This document shows, in pieces, positions 60,390 to 64,000 of a stretch of 64,000 bases of DNA. Positions within the stretch are counted from its first letter, which is position 1; every line of letters begins with the position of its first letter. The translations under genes and the position numbers were made by a program. Source of the DNA: Anaeramoeba ignava BMAN (lineage: Eukaryota; Protista; Anaeramoebae); assembly GCA_028826165.1 (NCBI GenBank), contig JAPDFW010000077.1, positions 310,001 through 374,000 of the forward strand, in the 5' to 3' direction. The notes beneath the pieces are model-generated. The model was not told the origin of the DNA. It did no database searches and was given only the letters and a program-made list of their open reading frames with translations.

Positions 60390-63300
60390 ATGAAAAACAA
60401 ATTAATTAAATTTATTACAATATTTTCAATTCTTTTTTTACTTACAAATCAAAATCAAATTGAAAATCAAAATCAAAATCAAAATCAAAATCAAATTCAA
60501 AATCAAAATCAAAATCAAATTCAAAATCAAAATCAAAATCAAAATCAAATTCAAAATCAAAATCAAAATCAAAATCAAAATCAAAATCAAAATCAAAATC
60601 AAAATCAAAATCAAAATCAAATTCAAAATCAAATTCAAAATCAAATTGAAAATCAAAATCAAAATCAAAATCAAATTCAAATTCAAAATCAAAATCAAAT
60701 TCAAAATCAAATTCAAATTCAAATTCAAATTCAAAATCAAAATCAAAATCAAATTCAAAATCAAAATCAAAATCAAATTGAAATTCAAAATCAAATTTAA
60801 AATTCAAAATCAAATTCAAAATCAAATTCAAAATCAAAATCAAAATCAAAATCAAAATCAAAATCAAAATCAAAATCAAAATCAAAATCAAAATCAAAAT
60901 CAAAATCAAAATCAAAATCAAAATCAAAATCAAAATCAAAATCAAAATCAAAATCAAAATCAAATTCAAAATCAAAATGAAAATCAAAATCAAAATCAAA
61001 ATCAAAATCAAAATCAAAATCAAAATCAAATTCAAAATCAAATTCAAAATCAAAATCAAAATCAAAATCAAATCCAAAATCAAAATCAAAATCAAAATCA
61101 AAATCAAAATCAAAATCAAAATCAAAATCAAAATCAAAATCAAAAAGAAGAAGAGCAAACAACAATTTCAGAAATTCAAAAAAGTTGGCAATATCAACAA
61201 ACAATTTTCCCAAATCTGGAATGGCACAATGAATATTTTGGATATATTACAGCAATAAGTGGGAATACAATAGCAATAGGAGCACAAGGTTATTATTCTA
61301 GTGAATATGATCACGAACCTGCTTCAGTATATCTTTTTGAAAAAGAAAATTATGAATGGAAACAAATAAAACAAATAGGAATTGATAATGGAAATGAAAT
61401 TTATGAAAACTCAACTGATATTTCAAATGATATTATTGTAGTTGTAGTTACAGAAGATTATAAGGGAAAAATATATATTTTTATGAAAACTGGAAATGAT
61501 TGGATTTTAAGAATAATAATTGAATTACCAAATGAACAAACAAATCAACAATTTGGAGCAAGTGTTTCTGTTAAAGAAAGAATAATTGCTGTTGGTTCTC
61601 CAGGATTGGATAATAATCAAGGAGCTGTTTATATTTTCAAAGGAAATGAAGATGGAACTTTTTGGAATCAAACTCAACAAATTATGGCAAGTGATGGGCA
61701 AGCATATGATCAATTTGGAAATCGTGTTCTTCTTTCAAATGATAGTTCATTTCTTTTTATTGGAGCTTCTAATTCAACAACAAATGGAATTAATCAAAAT
61801 GGAAAAGTATATATTTACAAAAATGATGGAAATCAATTTAATTTTTATCAATCTTTAATTTTTGATGATTCAAATGCTGATAATGATTATTTTGGATTTT
61901 CTATTGTAGTATCAGAAAATTGTTCTTGGATTATTGTTGGAGCTTATGAAGCTAATTATAGTTCTTTGATTTATTCAGGAAAAGTTTATATTTTCAAATC
62001 AAATGGAAGTTATTGGAATCAAGAACAAATTTTGATATCTCCTGATCCTCGATATTATGGATATTTTGGAAACAGTGTTTCTATTTCAGATGATAATATT
62101 ATTATCGGTGAATTTGGTTACAATTATTACAATGGAAGAGTTCATTTATTTAATTATAATGGAAGTTATTGGATTCATAAATTTCAATTAATTCCTGATA
62201 AATCAACATATACTAGTGAATATGGAGTATCTGTTTCCATTTTAGGGAATATTTTTGTTGTTGGTGCTCCTGGAGAAAATAATGATTATGGACATGTTTA
62301 TGCTTATGAATTTGTTTTACCTCAAGTTAATATTACTGAAGCTGATTCTTTATTTTCTTCTTTTGAATTTTATTGGAATCAATTAATTTCATCTTCTGAT
62401 ATTATTTATCAAATTAATTATAATAATTATTGGCAAGAAATTCAATCACCAATTTTAAATGAAAATGTTTATCATAAAATTTTCAATTCTTCAATTTATC
62501 CAGATATTACTGGAAATTTTGAATATATAATTCAAATTAGAGCATGTAATACAACTTCCCAAAGTTGTGGAATATCTTCAAATCCAGTATTTTTATTAAC
62601 AAGAATTGATGAAGTGAAAAACTTTACATTAAAATCAATATCAACAAGTTCAGTTAATGTTTCTTGGAATTATCCTAATGTTCCAATTATTAATTCAATT
62701 CCAAAATTAGATCATTATATTATTTCATATCAAAACCAAAATTTAAATATAACAAATATTACTTCAGTTTCAAACATAGCAACTTCATATCAATTAATTA
62801 ATTTGTCTTCATTTACAAATTATTCAATTTCAATTTGGGCATGTAGAATATCAGAATGTATTGATAATGATCAAGGTCAAATTATTTCAAGTTTTATTAG
62901 AACATTATTTGGACCAGTTTTAGATTTATCTTGTTCAATTTCTGATTCATTTAATATTTTATGTTATTGGAATAAACCAAATGATCCAATTAATCCAACT
63001 TATTATAATTTCACTTATTATTCAATTTCTGAAAATGATTCAGGAAATTTTACAATTAATTCAACTTCTCAATATTTTATTGCTCAATATTCAAATGAAG
63101 AATATCGAATTTATATTTCAGCTTGTGATTCAAATTGGGGATGTGGAGATATTTCAACATTCCAAATTAAAACAGGAAAATTTGGACCAGTTTTAAATTT
63201 AAATTGTTCAGTTTCAGATTCATTTAATATTTCATGTTATTGGAATAAACCAAATAATTCAATTAATCCAACTTATTATAATTTCACTTATTATTCAATT

Positions 63301-64000
63301 TCTCAAAATGATTCAGGAAATTTTACAATTAATTCAACTTCTCAATATTTTATTGCTCAATATTTAAATCAAACATATCAAATTAATGTTACAGCTTGTG
63401 ATTCAAATGGAGAATGTGGAGATATTTCAACATTCCAAATTAAAACAGGGAAATTTGGACCAGTTTTAAATTTAATTTGTTCAGTTTCAGATTCATTTAA
63501 TATTTCATGCTTGTGGAATAAACCAAATAATCCAATTAATCCAACTTATTATAATTTCACTTATCAAGAAATTTCTGGAAATGATTCAGGAAATTTTACA
63601 ATTAATTCAACTTCTCAATATTTTATTGCTCAATATCCAAATGAAGAATATCAAATTTATGTTACAGCTTGTGATTCAAATGGAGATTGTGGAAATATTT
63701 CAACATTCCAAATTAAAACAGGAGAATTTGGACCAGTTTTAGATTTATCTTGTTCAGTTTCAGATTTTTATTTTATTTCATGTTATTGGAATAAACCAAA
63801 TAATCCAATTAATCCAACTTATTATAATTTCACTTATCAAGCAATTGCTCAAAATGATTCAGGAAATTTTACAATTAATTTAACTTCTCAATATTTTATT
63901 GCTCAATATTCAAATCAAGAATATCGAATTGATGTTTCTTCTTGTAATTCAAAAGGTTGTGGAGATATTTCAACATTTCTAATTAAAACAAAAGATAATT
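60390..64000 (+). CDS. FG-GAP propeller + tandem fibronectin-III-like surface protein; frameshift/stop in the NQ tract; runs off the window
   Basis: Signal peptide is paralogous to the 58239 gene. After TAA at 60798-60800 a +1 frame from 60802 stays open to 64000: QKEEEQTTISEIQKSW, FG-GAP blades, then FN3-like units (..CYWNKP..YYNFTY..Y.I.V.AC...CG). Confidence 0.75.
62911..64000 (+). repeat. coding tandem repeat, 4 x 273 bp (91-aa FN3-like unit)
   Basis: ggaccagtttta at 62911, 63184, 63457 and 63730. Confidence 0.9.

Overview
This is a very AT-rich eukaryotic window with spliceosomal GT-AG introns, the standard genetic code, TCATTTT initiator-like motifs and N/Q- and N/E-rich proteins. The style resembles an anaerobic protist such as the metamonad Anaeramoeba; that assignment is inference. 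The dominant feature is two tandem arrays of RCC1-propeller + BTB genes: seven intact copies and one 5'-truncated copy. Their framework and BTB halves are nearly invariant, but two small sites in every propeller blade are hypervariable and patchwork-shared between copies, consistent with a diversifying repertoire of Cullin-3 substrate receptors. The first array is an A-B-C / A'-B'-C' duplication interrupted by a BTB-coiled-coil-TLDc cassette. Other genes, with exons resolved by hand: a 7-exon ~2070-aa beta-helix/Cys-rich/multi-TM surface receptor, ERD2, a USP20/33-like deubiquitinase, a PAS protein, two small spliced genes missed or truncated by the ORF track, a divergent eEF1A, a USP with no in-frame AUG, a TRIP12/UFD4-like HECT ligase, a 5-exon GH25 lysozyme, and two FG-GAP (integrin-alpha-like) surface proteins with apparent frameshifts. 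Simple repeats are pervasive and run continuously from coding tails into 3' regions and introns. All analysis was by eye, and repeat boundaries are approximate.
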